A stretch of DNA of 64,000 bases, taken from positions 5,394,001 through 5,458,000 of the forward strand of contig NC_047071.1 in NCBI RefSeq assembly GCF_902459465.1, written 5' to 3'. The stretch comes from Asterias rubens (lineage: Eukaryota). Positions within the stretch are counted from its first letter, which is position 1. Every line of letters starts with the position of its first letter. The position numbers and the translations under genes were made by a program. Of this stretch, positions 37,509 to 49,710 are shown piece by piece. Below the pieces are notes generated by a model. The model searched no databases. It saw only the letters and a program-made list of their open reading frames with translations, and was not told where the DNA came from.

Positions 37509-38606
37509 TCAAGCAGACTGTTCATTGTTCATGTTCTGACCTTTCTTGTGCTGTTTTTTGTTTCTGCGTTTTACCTCTGTGTACCCTTGGGAAGGGAGAC
37601 TCTCATCCAGTGATGATGATTGAGGTGAGCTACTGTTCTTTTTTGTCGAAGTGTTGGAAACTATTGACATCTCCGAGACTTCAGAGTCAAACAGCCTGGC
37701 CGCCATGTCCTCAGCTAGTTGGGCGTCGATATCTGGTGTGGGGTTGTTGGGTTTTCTCTCCTTTGGTTTTACTTCGGGTTTTGAATCGTTTTCTTCGGTC
37801 GGGTTTCCGCGTCCTCTCTTCGCGATCTTTTTTCTCCGTGGTTTGGGTTGTTCCGTTTCTGTGGTGGATTTTGTAGTGGGCGGCGGGGGGAACGTCATGG
37901 TTGCCTTTCTGTCGGTAATCATCTCCTCTTCATCGTCTGAGGATTCGCTCAGTCGTGGGTGGCCTCTTGTTCTGTTTGCGAAGGAGGTTGGGCACTGGGT
38001 GGAAATGTGTCCCTCCTGATGGCATGCTCGGCAAATCGGTGGTGAGGGGCACTCCGCCGCCCGATGTCCCGCCTCCCCGCAGTTGTGACATTTAAAGTTC
38101 GGACAGTCAGCAGCCTTGTGCCCGGGACCTCCACAACGCCTGCAGGTTTCCACTTGCCCGTTGTATTTTACAACCAACCTGTAGGGTCCAACCTGAAGGT
38201 AGGATGGAATTGGCCGGTCCATCTCCATTTTCACATGTCTGTTCCCATTTTCCCAAAGAGGGTGTTGCTGCCAATGTCCTCGACGTACGTTTATCACTTT
38301 CCCGTATGGCGAAAGAGCGGTGGTAATCGGCTGGTCTCCCATCTCACACGGTGCATACAGGAGCGTCACGAACGTGATGGGTCGTCCTGCTCCAGCCGTG
38401 TGTATGGCGTTCTCTCCGATACGAAGACTCTTTTTCTTCAGACTCTCACTGGCTTGGTCGCTTTTCAGGGTGACCACCCAGGTCTTTTCCCCTGTTTGCT
38501 GCAAACACTTCACCTCCTTGCCTGCCTCCTGCTCCATCAAGTTGCATACCTCCTGGTACGACGCTCTCTTGTCTAGCGACAGGTTTACGCTTTTCTCTCG
38601 ATTCAT
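37509..38606 (-). CDS. Tx1 ORF1p (RRM-like region plus 3 CCHC zinc knuckles)
   Basis: 365 aa; CRRCGGPGHKAADC, CHNCGEAGHRAAEC, CRACHQEGHISTQC; low-complexity basic C-terminus. Confidence 0.9.
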   Translation of the reverse strand: MNREKSVNLSLDKRASYQEVCNLMEQEAGKEVKCLQQTGEKTWVVTLKSDQASESLKKKSLRIGENAIHTAGAGRPITFVTLLYAPCEMGDQPITTALSPYGKVINVRRGHWQQHPLWENGNRHVKMEMDRPIPSYLQVGPYRLVVKYNGQVETCRRCGGPGHKAADCPNFKCHNCGEAGHRAAECPSPPICRACHQEGHISTQCPTSFANRTRGHPRLSESSDDEEEMITDRKATMTFPPPPTTKSTTETEQPKPRRKKIAKRGRGNPTEENDSKPEVKPKERKPNNPTPDIDAQLAEDMAARLFDSEVSEMSIVSNTSTKKNSSSPQSSSLDESLPSQGYTEVKRRNKKQHKKGQNMNNEQSA

Positions 38607-38670
38607 AGTGATTAATTATTGTAGGTAGGATATATCTCGAACTTCCTAAGAATATAGGGGCTCAGACCAA

Positions 38671-38699
38671 TGATCTTAGCCAAAAGGCCGAGAAGCGAT
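38671..38699 (-). ncRNA. U2: U2 snRNA 5' fragment (nt 1-29) fused to the Tx1 5' end
   Basis: Minus strand reads ATCGCTTCTCGGCCTTTTGGCTAAGATCA, the conserved U2 5' end. The branch-point pairing region (AGTGTAGTA) and the rest of U2 were not found. Confidence 0.9.
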
Positions 38700-39557
38700 A
38701 CTCACCACAGGTTTCTCAAGAATAACCCACCTTTCGACATGGCACGAATCACAAGACATGCTGGGTGTCACAAGAGGGCGGTGTGACTTTTTTGACAACT
38801 TTTCACACACGGCGAACATTCGTTGTATCGAAAATAGAGCATCTCTGACCGCACACAAAGCAAGAGCTTGCACCAAAACTCAAATACATCCACGTGTAAA
38901 CGTATGCAACACGCAAGTGCATGTTATTCTAAGTTTATGTTTACGTTATACAGGGTTGCCTGGTTGGGCTCGTCCCGCGCGTTTGTACACGCGGGTTAAG
39001 ACAATGGACATTACAAGCGCGCGGAACACAACAATGCGTCACATTGCAGTACGCAAAACATTGTACATAGAAACAGCGTGCTGTGTGCATTGTCACATGC
39101 ACCGCATGCAGTACGTTAACACACACACACGGGCTACATTCGGCTTGCGACATCGTGATGGAAGGAATGATGTGTGATGATTATACACACATGAAGAGAT
39201 AACAGAAATTAAAGTAGAATACTTTATCTTTTAGTATTTCATCTCCCGGTATCGGCGTTAGGTTGTGCCAAACAATTAGTGTGTAAATATTTCGGAGAAC
39301 TTTTGTTCTATGTCTATTGATACAGCTTTGAACTTTTTTGTTCTAAACCGTTGCTCTACTACAGTTAGCATCGCAACGAAAATAAAGCTTTGGTCTGACT
39401 TATGTGTGGTTTATAGGGTACCAAACAACTTGTTGGATGATTGGTTACGCACGGAAAACAAATAGTATTCAATGAATTCAATATATATGTGTGGGGGGGG
39501 GGGGGTTGTCTTACAAACGCAGTTCATGTTTAGAATCTCTCTTTGGATTGATGTGGT

Positions 39558-39572
39558 GGCTCCGTAAGAGCC
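39558..39572 (-). terminator. Aberrant histone 3' stem-loop of H2A
   Basis: GGCTCTTACGGAGCC (15 nt versus canonical 16-nt GGCTCTTTTCAGAGCC), followed by ACCA and a CAAAGAGAGA downstream element. Confidence 0.75.
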
Positions 39573-39603
39573 GTTTGGTTTATCAGTGTAGCAAGAGCTG
39601 AGT

Positions 39604-40200
<597 letters not shown>

Positions 40201-40300
40201 GGGGAAGGTAGGGATAATTACTGCGGCGGTCCCCCCACCGTCAACACCCCTCTGAAAACAAGATAAGATTCCGAGAAAAAAAAACCTAACCCCAACAACG

Positions 40301-40340
<40 letters not shown>

Positions 40341-40959
40341 AAACAAAGCAAAAGCAAATATTTACAGAAACTGAAAAACATCATGTTTGTTTGTTTTTGC
40401 GTGCACATGTTTTTGTTGATTTTTCAAAATAAAACTATTACCAAATTCATAATTTCAAGTTAACTCTGGCGTATAGAGTCGCTGTTGTTGTTGTGTTGTA
40501 TGTTATTAAAGTAATACGGTGTCATGAACAAGGCACTTACTCAATGTACGTCTTTCTTTCTTTCTTCAAGTCCAATCTTGTGAACCCTCACTCGACTCGG
40601 TGACACATTTGAGCGTTGTCTTTTATAACTGACTGTAAAAGTAGAATAACAATCAACGAGAAAGATGTTTAGTGATCGCTAAAAATTATAGTGGACAAAG
40701 TTATCAAGATGATTTGAACTTCGTAAACAATGTTGTTGAGTTGTTCTACGGAGATATATAAAGAAGGCAGAAATATTTTGAATAACCCTTTAATATAATA
40801 TAGCATTATTGTAAACCCTGTTGATTTTAATTAATATTATTAAATGGGGAGGGTTGGTGTTACGGTGGCCACTTAATTCACGCATGTTTTGAATCTCTCT
40901 TTGGGAAATGTGTTGGCTCTGAAAAGAGCCGTTTGGATTGTGCTTGACGCCGGACCTGC

Positions 40960-41328
40960 TTATTTTGAAGTTGTGTACTTGGTGACCGCCTTGGTGCCCT
41001 CGCTGACAGCGTGTTTGGCCAGCTCACCGGGGAGAAGGAGACGGACTGCAGTCTGGACCTCTCGGCTGGAGATGGTTGATTTCTTGTTGTAGTGGGCCAA
41101 TCTAGAAGACTCGGCGGCAATGCGCTCGAAAATGTCGTTGACGAAGCTGTTCATAATCGACATGGCCTTGCTGGAAATGCCCGTGTCTGGATGAACCTGC
41201 TTCATGACCTTGTAGATGTAAATGCCGTAGCTCTCCTTGCGGCGACGACGTCTCTTCTTGTCTGTCCGGATTGGCCCCTTGGTGTTACCGGCTTTCTTCT
41301 GTCCCTTTCCACTTGCTTTGGGAGGCAT
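40960..41328 (-). CDS. H2B: Histone H2B, full-length ORF
   Basis: 122 aa; canonical stem-loop at 40915-40930 with CAAAGAGA element; promoter has GGATCC and TATAAA. The N-tail resembles sea-star gonadal H2B as recalled (not database-checked). Confidence 0.95.
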   Translation of the reverse strand: MPPKASGKGQKKAGNTKGPIRTDKKRRRRRKESYGIYIYKVMKQVHPDTGISSKAMSIMNSFVNDIFERIAAESSRLAHYNKKSTISSREVQTAVRLLLPGELAKHAVSEGTKAVTKYTTSK

Positions 41329-41863
41329 GACTATAGAGTGCTGTGTTGCTGAGTTGGTAGAATAAATCAGACTGATGACTGGTACACCGGAGAAGGCTTA
41401 GCTTTATACTGCGAGTCGGGGATCCGGCGGCCATTAGGGCATTGTTAGCATTCGCGCGCCTCGCTGTGAGCAGTGAAGCGGTCCACCAGAAAAGTTGCGT
41501 GTCTGCAAGGATGGGTGTCTGAATAACGGGCAGGCAACCATTGGAGGATGATTGGTTACGCACGGAAAACAAATAGTATTCAATGAATTCAATATATATG
41601 TGTGGGGGGGGGGGTTGTCTTACAAACGCAGTTCATGTTTAGAATCTCTCTTTGGATTGATGTGGTGGCTCCGTAAGAGCCGTTTGGTTTATCAGTGTAG
41701 CAAGAGCTGAGTTTAAGAGCTTGACTTGGCGGTTTTCTTTGAATTTAACTTCTGACTGCCATCGTAGCGGGCGCTATACAACATTCGTATAAGTAGGCAC
41801 GGTCCTCTATTATACCGAAAGTTATGTTTACACTGCAAGGTGTATACATTAGTTCGTCGTGTG

Positions 41864-41903
41864 CCCGGCAAAAGGGCGTAAGGCCTTACGCCCTTTTGCC
41901 GGG
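41864..41903. repeat. Perfect 40-bp spacerless palindrome within a small subrepeat-bearing element (~41855-42169)
   Basis: CCCGGCAAAAGGGCGTAAGG|CCTTACGCCCTTTTGCCGGG. Confidence 0.9.
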
Positions 41904-42185
41904 AACATAAAGTAGTTCGTCCCAGTAACAAAAGGACGTAAGCAACAAAATGGCTCCTGACATGAAAAATATGTAATTTTTGTTTGTTCTTTTGCTAGAA
42001 TTACCCTGAAGACATGTTTCCCCATTCCCCATGCAGAATTCATTCTAGAATGACTTTTGCATGGCAACAAATTTACCAAACTTTCCCGCTCATAATTCTT
42101 GAAACACAAATTTTAACATAAATTGCTTACGTCCTTCTGCCGGGAACTTTCCCTTACGTCCTTTTGCCGCGGAGCTCTGGAATCG

Positions 42186-42242
42186 CTTTCGTGGGGCTTT
42201 TCCCCCGGTGCTCTTGCGTGCTGTCTGCTTGGTACGAGCCAT
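42186..42242 (-). pseudogene. H3: Histone H3 N-terminal fragment (M + residues 1-18), fused to H3 residues 83-88
   Basis: ATG GCT CGT ACC AAG CAG...CCA CGA AAG = MARTKQTARKSTGGKAPRK, then CGATTCCAGAGCTCCGCGG (RFQSSA) at 42167-42185. Confidence 0.9.
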
Positions 42243-42269
42243 TATCTTCGCTTACTGTTTACGATGTTG

Positions 42270-42573
42270 TGGTGACACCGCTGAGCAACTTGTTCAACTC
42301 TTCATCGTTTCGGATAGCGAGCTGTAGATGACGGGGGTTGATTCTTGATTTCTTGTTGTCTCGAGCAGTATTACCAGTCAGTTCCAGTATTTCTGCCGTG
42401 AGGTACTCCATGACTGCCGCCAAGTAGACAGGGGCGCCAGCACCAACGCGCTGAGCGTAGTTGCCCTTCCTCAAGAAGCGGTGTACTCTACCAACGGGAA
42501 ATTGAAGTCCGGCCCTGGCGGATCGACTCTTTGCCTTGCTTCTGGCCTTACCGCTCTTTCCGCGTCCAGACAT
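42270..42573 (-). pseudogene. H2A: 3'-truncated H2A copy
   Basis: Matches the 39604 gene up to LLSGVT except LTGNTA versus LAGNAA, then joins the H3 5' flank; no stem-loop. Confidence 0.9.
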
Positions 42574-43459
42574 GACTGAATTGATATACTGAGCAAAGAG
42601 ACTGAAAGAACTGCTGGGTGCTTTGAATCTGTGTGAATGACTGCAGAGACTGCCAGTGGTGTACTTATGGCGTTAGGGTGGATCCCCAATGCACCAATCA
42701 GGTTTCTCCTCGCATGGACGCGCCCGGGTTCAGCGGAGCATTCTGGGCGGGGGTGGACCACCAGCGGCGGGCGGGGGCGGCACGCAGTTCGAGGGGAAGG
42801 TAGGGATAATTACTGCGGCGGTCCCCCCACCGTCAACACCCCTCTGAAAACAAGATAAGATTCCGAGAAAAAAAACCTAACCCCAACAACGACAACAACA
42901 ACAACAACAACAAAAACAAAGCAAAAGCAAATATTTACAGAAACTGAAAAACATCATGTTTGTTTGTTTGTTTTTGCGTGCACATGTTTTTGTTGATTTT
43001 TCAAAATAAAACTATTATCAAATTCATAATTTCAAGTTAACTCTGGCGTATAGAGTCGCTGTTGTTGTTGTGTTGTATGTTATTAAAGTAATACGGTGTC
43101 ATGAACAAGGCACTTACTCAATGTACGTCTTTCTTTCTTTCTTCAAGTCCAATCTTGTGAACCCTCACTCGACTCGGTGACACATTTGAGCGTTGTCTTT
43201 TATAACTGACTGTAAAAGTAGAATAACAATCAACGAGAAAGATGTTTAGTGATCGCTAAAAATTATAGTGGACAAAGTTATCAAGATGATTTGAACTTCG
43301 TAAACAATGTTGTTGAGTTGTTCTACGGAGATATATAAAGAAGGCAGAAATATTTTGAATAACCCTTTAATATAATATAGCATTATTGTAAACCCTGTTG
43401 ATTTTAATTAATATTATTAAATGGGGAGGGTTGGTGTTACGGTGGCCACTTAATTCACG

Positions 43460-43601
43460 GTACTTGGTGACCGCCTTGGTGCCCTCGCTGACAGCGTGTT
43501 TGGCCAGCTCACCGGGGAGAAGGAGACGGACTGCAGTCTGGACCTCTCGGCTGGAGATGGTTGATTTCTTGTTGTAGTGGGCCAATCTAGAAGACTCGGC
43601 G
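43460..43601 (-). pseudogene. H2B: Internal H2B fragment (AESSRL...AVTKY) behind an H2A promoter
   Basis: Matches 40975-41116; C-terminus and stem-loop deleted; joined to the H2A start by a short templated insertion. Confidence 0.85.
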
Positions 43602-44403
43602 ACTAGAAGACTAGAAGACATGACTGAATTGATATACTGAGCAAAGAGACTGAAAGAACTGCTGGGTGCTTTGAATCTGTGTGAATGACTGCAGAGACTG
43701 CCAGTGGTGTACTTATGGCGTTAGGGTGGATCCCCAATGCACCAATCAGGTTTCTCCTCGCATGGACGCGCCCGGGTTCAGCGGAGCATTCTGGGCGGGG
43801 GTGGACCACCAGCGGCGGGCGGGGGCGGCACGCAGTTCGAGGGGAAGGTAGGGATAATTACTGCGGCGGTCCCCCCACCGTCAACACCCCTCTGAAAACA
43901 AGATAAGATTCCGAGAAAAAAAACCTAACCCCAACAACGACAACAACAACAACAACAACAACAAAAACAAAGCAAAAGCAAATATTTACAGAAACTGAAA
44001 AACATCATGTTTGTTTGTTTTTGCGTGCACATGTTTTTGTTGATTTTTCAAAATAAAACTATTACCAAATTCATAATTTCAAGTTAACTCTGGCGTATAG
44101 AGTCGCTGTTGTTGTTGTGTTGTATGTTATTAAAGTAATACGGTGTCATGAACAAGGCACTTACTCAATGTACGCCTTTCTTTCTTTCTTCAAGTCCAAT
44201 CTTGTGAACCCTCACTCGACGACACATTTGAGCGTTGTTTTTTATAACTGACTGTAAAAGTAGAATAACAATCAACGAGAAAGATGTTTAGTGATCGCTA
44301 AAAATTATAGTGGACAAGTTATCAAGATGATTTGAACTTCGTAAACAATGTTGTTGAGTTGTTCTACGGAGATATATAAAGAAGGCAGAAATATTTTGAA
44401 TAA

Positions 44404-44697
<294 letters not shown>

Positions 44698-45566
44698 TGA
44701 TGACTGGTACACCGGAGAAGGCTTAGCTTTATACTGCGAGTCGGGGATCCGGCGGCCATTAGGGCATTGTTAGCATTCGCGCGCCTCGCTGTGAGCAGTG
44801 AAGCGGTCCACCAGAAAAGTTGCGTGTCTGCAAGGATGGGTGTCTGAATAATGGGCAGGCAACCATTGGAAAGGAGTTTTATACTCTGGTTAGAACTAAA
44901 ACACGAATATAGTGTAACCCAAAACAAGTATCCAAAAATAATAATGAGAGAAACTTATCAAAAAAAACAAAAACAAAATCTGCAATGGCCCGAGCATGCA
45001 TAGTACGTTAATTTTGAAGAAAACGATACCATTAAATTATGGAGTAAAACCAAAGCAAGAGATTGACCTAACCAACCCGACTAGACTGATAGAACGACCG
45101 ACCCAATAAAAGAATGGCGGTGCTGCGTAAAGATAAAAAACAACTGTTTTGTTACAGCTAGCAGGTTTTGGGGTATTGTTTTTTTCGTTCATGCTGTTTT
45201 GAATTTAACTTCTGACTGCCATCGTAGCGGGCGCTATACAACATTCGTATAAGTAGGCACGGTCCTCTATTATACCGAAAGTTATGTTTACACTGCAAGG
45301 TGTATACATTAGTTTGTCAAATTTCTAAGGTTCTTGTTTGTTTGTTGCTTGTTTGTTTATTTATTTATTTGTTTGTTTGTTTGTTTGTTTGTTTGTTTGT
45401 TTGTCTATTGGTTCGTTTATTGGTTTGTTTTTGTTTTGTTGAAGGATGGAGTGTGGAAGAGGAAAAATTGGAAGAAATAACGAATACACGGACGTGATTA
45501 ACATCTCTGTTAAGAAGTGGTGGCTCTGAAAAGAGCCGTTGTGTTTTGAGAAAGGAACGAATCCTC

Positions 45567-45641
45567 TCAGGCTCGTTCGCCACGAATTCGGCGGGCGAGT
45601 TGGATGTCCTTGGGCATGATGGTGACCCGCTTGGCGTGGAT
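45567..45641 (-). pseudogene. H3: Histone H3 C-terminal fragment (I112-A135, stop) with canonical stem-loop at 45522-45537
   Basis: IHAKRVTIMPKDIQLARRIRGERA*; joined through GATAC to the H1-array spacer. Confidence 0.9.
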
Positions 45642-46019
45642 ACATTCTTACTATTTCCGCCCTTCTGTGTACCCCCCGTGTCTCTACTGCCCCCCTTCAG
45701 AAAACAAACAAACAAACTAACAAACACCGCATTTTTATGTAAATTGGTACGTTTGTTTACATCAAATTCATCGTGTTTCGCCATTTTGTTTTGTTGCATA
45801 ATGCCCCCCTACACCACCGCTGCTTTTATGTAAACTTGTGGGTTTGTTTTTATTAGATCCATCGTTTTTCGCCATTTTGTTTCTGTTACTTAGTGTTTTT
45901 GATCAAACTAGTTACTTATTTATGTAATGTTTATGTATTTAATATTTTGGATGTATTTTTTTTATCGAAACAAATAAATTATCTGCCGATGTGATTATTT
46001 AATTTTTCAATTATTTTTC

Positions 46020-46706
46020 CTAGACAAATGCAGGTAATAGTCTCTTTTTGTAAGTTGTGGCTCTGAAAAGAGCCGTTTGGTTTGGTTGATTGTCCCGGGT
46101 GGGAACTGACTGCTTCTTTGGCTTGGTGGTCTTCTTCGGCTTTGCTGCTTTGGTGGCCTTCTTTGCCTTTGGCTTTGGACTCTTTGCGCCTTTGCTGGGC
46201 TTGGCGACTTTCTTTGATGGCTTGGCTGCTGTTTTCTTGGCTGCAACTTTCTTGGTGGGTGGATTCTTGACGATTTTCTTTGGAGTCTTCTGCTTGGTTA
46301 TCTTGGTTTTCTTGGCCTTCTCCTTCTTGGCTGCGGCTTTCTCTGCTTTCTTGGCTTTCATCTCTGCTTTCTTTGCTTGATCCTTCTCTTTCTTGGCCTT
46401 GGCTCGTTCTTTGACCTTCTCCGCCTGCTCCTTGGCCTTGTCCTTTGCTGGGTCCAATTTGAATGAACCGGAAGCTCCCTTGCCCTTGGTCTGGATAAGA
46501 ACTCCCTTCTGCACACCGGTATTGAGGGCTTTTCGGATGAAAACGGCCTGCCTGTCCATGTCGACTTGGAATGTGTCCTTGATGTACTTTCTGATGGCTT
46601 GACTGGACGAACCGTTTTTCTCCTTCAGTGCCACGATAGCGGCAACCACCATCTTGATTGCTGGAGGGTGGGCCCGAACGGTTGCAGACTTTTTCACGGT
46701 AGCCAT
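46020..46706 (-). pseudogene. H1: Histone H1 copy 1: stop-loss (TAG>CAG) and promoterless
   Basis: 228-aa ORF reads through the stem-loop at 46059-46074; only ~20 nt of upstream sequence retained. Confidence 0.8.
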
Positions 46707-47080
46707 GATGATAGAGAGAGATGATGTTTACATCAAATTCATCGTATTTCGCCATTTTGTTTTGTTGCATAATGCCCCCCTACATCACCGCTCCTTGTAT
46801 GTAAACTTGTGAGTTTGTTTTTATTAGATCCATCGTTTTTCGCCAGTTTGTTTCTGTTACATAGTGTTTTTGATCAAACTAGTTACTTATTTATGTAATG
46901 TTTATGTATTTAATATTTTGGATGTATTTTTTTTATCGAAACAAATAAATTATCTGCCGATGTGATTATTTACTTTTTCAATTATTTTTCCTAGACAAAT
47001 GCAGGTAATAGTCTCTTTTTGTAAGTTGTGGCTCTGAAAAGAGCCGTTTGGTTTGGTTGATTGTCCCGGGTGGGAACTGA

Positions 47081-47677
47081 CTACTTCTTTGGCTTGGTGG
47101 TCTTCTTCGGCTTTGCTGCTTTGGTGGCCTTCTTTGCCTTTGGCTTTGGACTCTTTGCGGCTTTGCTGGGCTTGGCGACTTTCTTTGATGGCTTGGCTGC
47201 TGTTTTCTTGGCTGCAACTTTCTTGGTGGGTGTCATCTTGACGATTTTCTTTGGAGTCTTCTTCTTGGTTTTCTTGGTTTTCTTGGCCTTCTCCTTCTTG
47301 GCTGCGGCTTTCTCTGCTTTCTTGGCTTTCATCTCTGCTTTCTTTGCTTGATCCTTCTCTTTCTTGGCCTTGGCTCGTTCTTTGACCTTCTCCGCCTGTT
47401 CCTTGGCCTTGTCCTTTGCTGGGTCCAATTTGAATGAACCGGAAGCTCCCTTGCCCTTGGTCTGGATAAGAACTCCCTTCTGCACACCGGTATTGAGGGC
47501 TTTTCGGATGAAAACGGCCTGCCTGTCCATGTCGACTTGGAATGTGTCCTTGATGTACTTTCTGATGGCTTGACTGGACGAACCGTTTTTCCCCTTCAGT
47601 GCCACGATAGCGGCAACCACCATCTTGATTGCTGGAGGGTGGGCCCGAACGGTTGCAGACTTTTTCACGGTAGCCAT
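47081..47677 (-). CDS. H1: Histone H1 copy 2
   Basis: 198 aa; winged-helix globular domain HPP...KGASGSFKL; Lys/Ala/Pro tail; canonical stem-loop; promoter present. Confidence 0.92.
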   Translation of the reverse strand: MATVKKSATVRAHPPAIKMVVAAIVALKGKNGSSSQAIRKYIKDTFQVDMDRQAVFIRKALNTGVQKGVLIQTKGKGASGSFKLDPAKDKAKEQAEKVKERAKAKKEKDQAKKAEMKAKKAEKAAAKKEKAKKTKKTKKKTPKKIVKMTPTKKVAAKKTAAKPSKKVAKPSKAAKSPKPKAKKATKAAKPKKTTKPKK

Positions 47678-47890
47678 GATGATAGAGAGAGATGATGCAA
47701 GGGAATCGTTTCGTAAGAAGCTTTACAGCGAGCAATACTGATGAGACCCACCGGACCGTCAGCCTTTTTCAAGGGTCACGGGTGGCTCTGAGCAGCCCCT
47801 GGGTCCATTCACGCTGCTCAATCAACCGGCGAGGCTCGGCGGTTCGCGTGGAGCTGGAATTTACTCCAATATTAGTGTGTTTCATTTTTC
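47678..47890 (-). promoter_or_regulatory. H1 promoter (repeated in every long unit)
   Basis: AAACACA H1-box-like element at 47876-47882 and a GC-rich block; no canonical TATAA seen. Confidence 0.5.
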
Positions 47891-48739
47891 TTCTGATTTG
47901 CAAAATTCTTGTTTCAAATAGCATCGGACAATTTCCCCATAACTGTAGATGTGTTGGTCAAGTTCTAACCTTTCCATGCATACAATTTTCTTTTACGAGG
48001 TCTCATTATCTAAGCCTGAAACGACCACTATGAAATGACATTGTTTCCGATAGTGAAATTTTATTCATTTTTTTGTCGCATATAATGTTACATCGATTTA
48101 TGTAACATTATGATTATTGCTTCAAATAATGAGGATGATCTTAGCAAGTCAATTAATCCAATCACGCAATAGTTGTTGTAAAATTGTCTTGCGACAATTT
48201 CGAGAAACAAACTCGTTTTTGTTATTTGGGCATTATTGGTGCTTAAGGCAGTGGAGTCGCATGCAAGTTGATACATTCTTACTATTTCCGCCCTTCTGTG
48301 TACCCCCCGTGTCTCTACTGCCCCCCTTCAGAAAACAAACAAACAAACTAACAAACACCGCATATTTATGTAAATTGGTACGTTTGTTTACATCAAATTC
48401 ATCGTGTTTCGCCATTTTGTTTTGTTGCATAATGCCCCCCTACATCACCGCTGCTTTTATGTAAACTTATGGGTTTGTTTTTATTAGATCCATCGTTTTT
48501 CGCCATTTTGTTTCTGTTACATAGTGTTTTTGATCAAACTAGTTACTTATTTATGTAATATTTATGTATTTAATATTTTAGATGTATTTTTTTATCGAAA
48601 CAAATAAATTATCTGTCGATGTGATTATTTAATTTTTCAATTATTTTTCCTAGACAAATGCAGGTAATAGTCTCTTTTTGTAAAATGTGGCTCTGAAAAG
48701 AGCCGTTTGGTTTGGTTGATTGTCCCGGGTGGGAACTGA

Positions 48740-49336
48740 CTACTTCTTTGGCTTGGTGGTCTTCTTCGGCTTTGCTGCTTTGGTGGCCTTCTTTGCCTTT
48801 GGCTTTGGACTCTTTGCGGCTTTGCTGGGCTTGGCGACTTTCTTTGATGGCTTGGCTGCTGTTTTCTTGGCTGCAACTTTCTTGGTGGGTGTCTTCTTGA
48901 CGATTTTCTTTGGAGTCTTCTGCTTGGTTATCTTGGTTTTCTTGGCCTTCTCCTTCTTGGCTGCGGCTTTCTCTGCTTTCTTGGCTTTCATCTCTGCTTT
49001 CTTTGCTTGATCCTTCTCTTTCTTGGCCTTGGCTCGTTCTTTGACCTTCTCCGCCTGCTCCTTGGCCTTGTCCTTTGCTGGGTCCAATTTGAATGAACCG
49101 GAAGCTCCCTTGCCCTTGGTCTGGATAAGAACTCCCTTCTGCACACCGGTATTGAGGGCTTTTCGGATGAAAACGGCCTGCCTGTCCATGTCGACTTGGA
49201 ATGTGTCCTTGATGTACTTTCTGATGGCTTGACTGGACGAACCGTTTTTCTCCTTCAGTGCCACGATAGCGGCAACCACCATCTTGATTGCTGGAGGGTG
49301 GGCCCGAACGGTTGCAGACTTTTTCACGGTAGCCAT
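48740..49336 (-). CDS. H1: Histone H1 copy 3 (intact ORF, promoter deleted)
   Basis: 198 aa; upstream junction GATGATG|TTTACATC at ~49356, identical to copy 1. Confidence 0.8.
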   Translation of the reverse strand: MATVKKSATVRAHPPAIKMVVAAIVALKEKNGSSSQAIRKYIKDTFQVDMDRQAVFIRKALNTGVQKGVLIQTKGKGASGSFKLDPAKDKAKEQAEKVKERAKAKKEKDQAKKAEMKAKKAEKAAAKKEKAKKTKITKQKTPKKIVKKTPTKKVAAKKTAAKPSKKVAKPSKAAKSPKPKAKKATKAAKPKKTTKPKK

Positions 49337-49710
49337 GATGATAGAGAGAGATGATGTTTACATCAAATTCATCGTGTTTCGCCATTTTGTTTTGTTGCAT
49401 AATGCCCCCCTACATCACCGCTCCTTTTATGTAAACTTGTGAGTTTGTTTTTATTAGATCCATCGTTTTTCGCCATTTTGTTTCTGTTACATAGTGTTTT
49501 TGATCAAACTAGTTACTTATTTATGTAATGTTTATGTATTTAATATTTTGGATGTATTTTTTTTATCGAAACAAATAAATTATCTGCCGATGTGATTATT
49601 TAATTTTTCAATTATTTTTCCTAGACAAATGCAGGTAATAGTCTCTTTTTGTAAGTTGTGGCTCTGAAAAGAGCCGTTTGGTTTGGTTGATTGTCCCGGG
49701 TGGGAACTGA

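Larger units (their letters stand above)
31380..38670 (-). mobile_element. Tx1-clade (L1 group) non-LTR retrotransposon, 5'-intact, 3'-truncated, interrupted
   Basis: ORF1 with three CCHC knuckles, followed by an APE-RT ORF2 with Tx1/L1-type motifs. Confidence 0.9.

Noticed and set aside
36871-38628. Plus-strand ORFs of 100-170 aa over the Tx1 element
   Set aside because: Antisense shadows of ORF1/ORF2 with no motifs.
38671-38699. Functional U2 snRNA gene
   Set aside because: Only nt 1-29 are present; the branch-point pairing region, Sm site and 3' stems are missing.
47061-47351. 96-aa Phe/Leu-rich antisense ORFs in H1 copies, and other short spacer ORFs
   Set aside because: Reverse complements of AAG/GCC codons; hydrophobicity is a compositional artefact.
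46950-47735. 261-263-aa same-strand alternative-frame ORF overlapping every H1 copy
   Set aside because: The Lys/Ala-rich H1 sequence is T-poor on the coding strand, so shifted frames lack stops. Most copies start at a TTG, there is no recognisable domain, and recurrence only reflects the tandem repeat.
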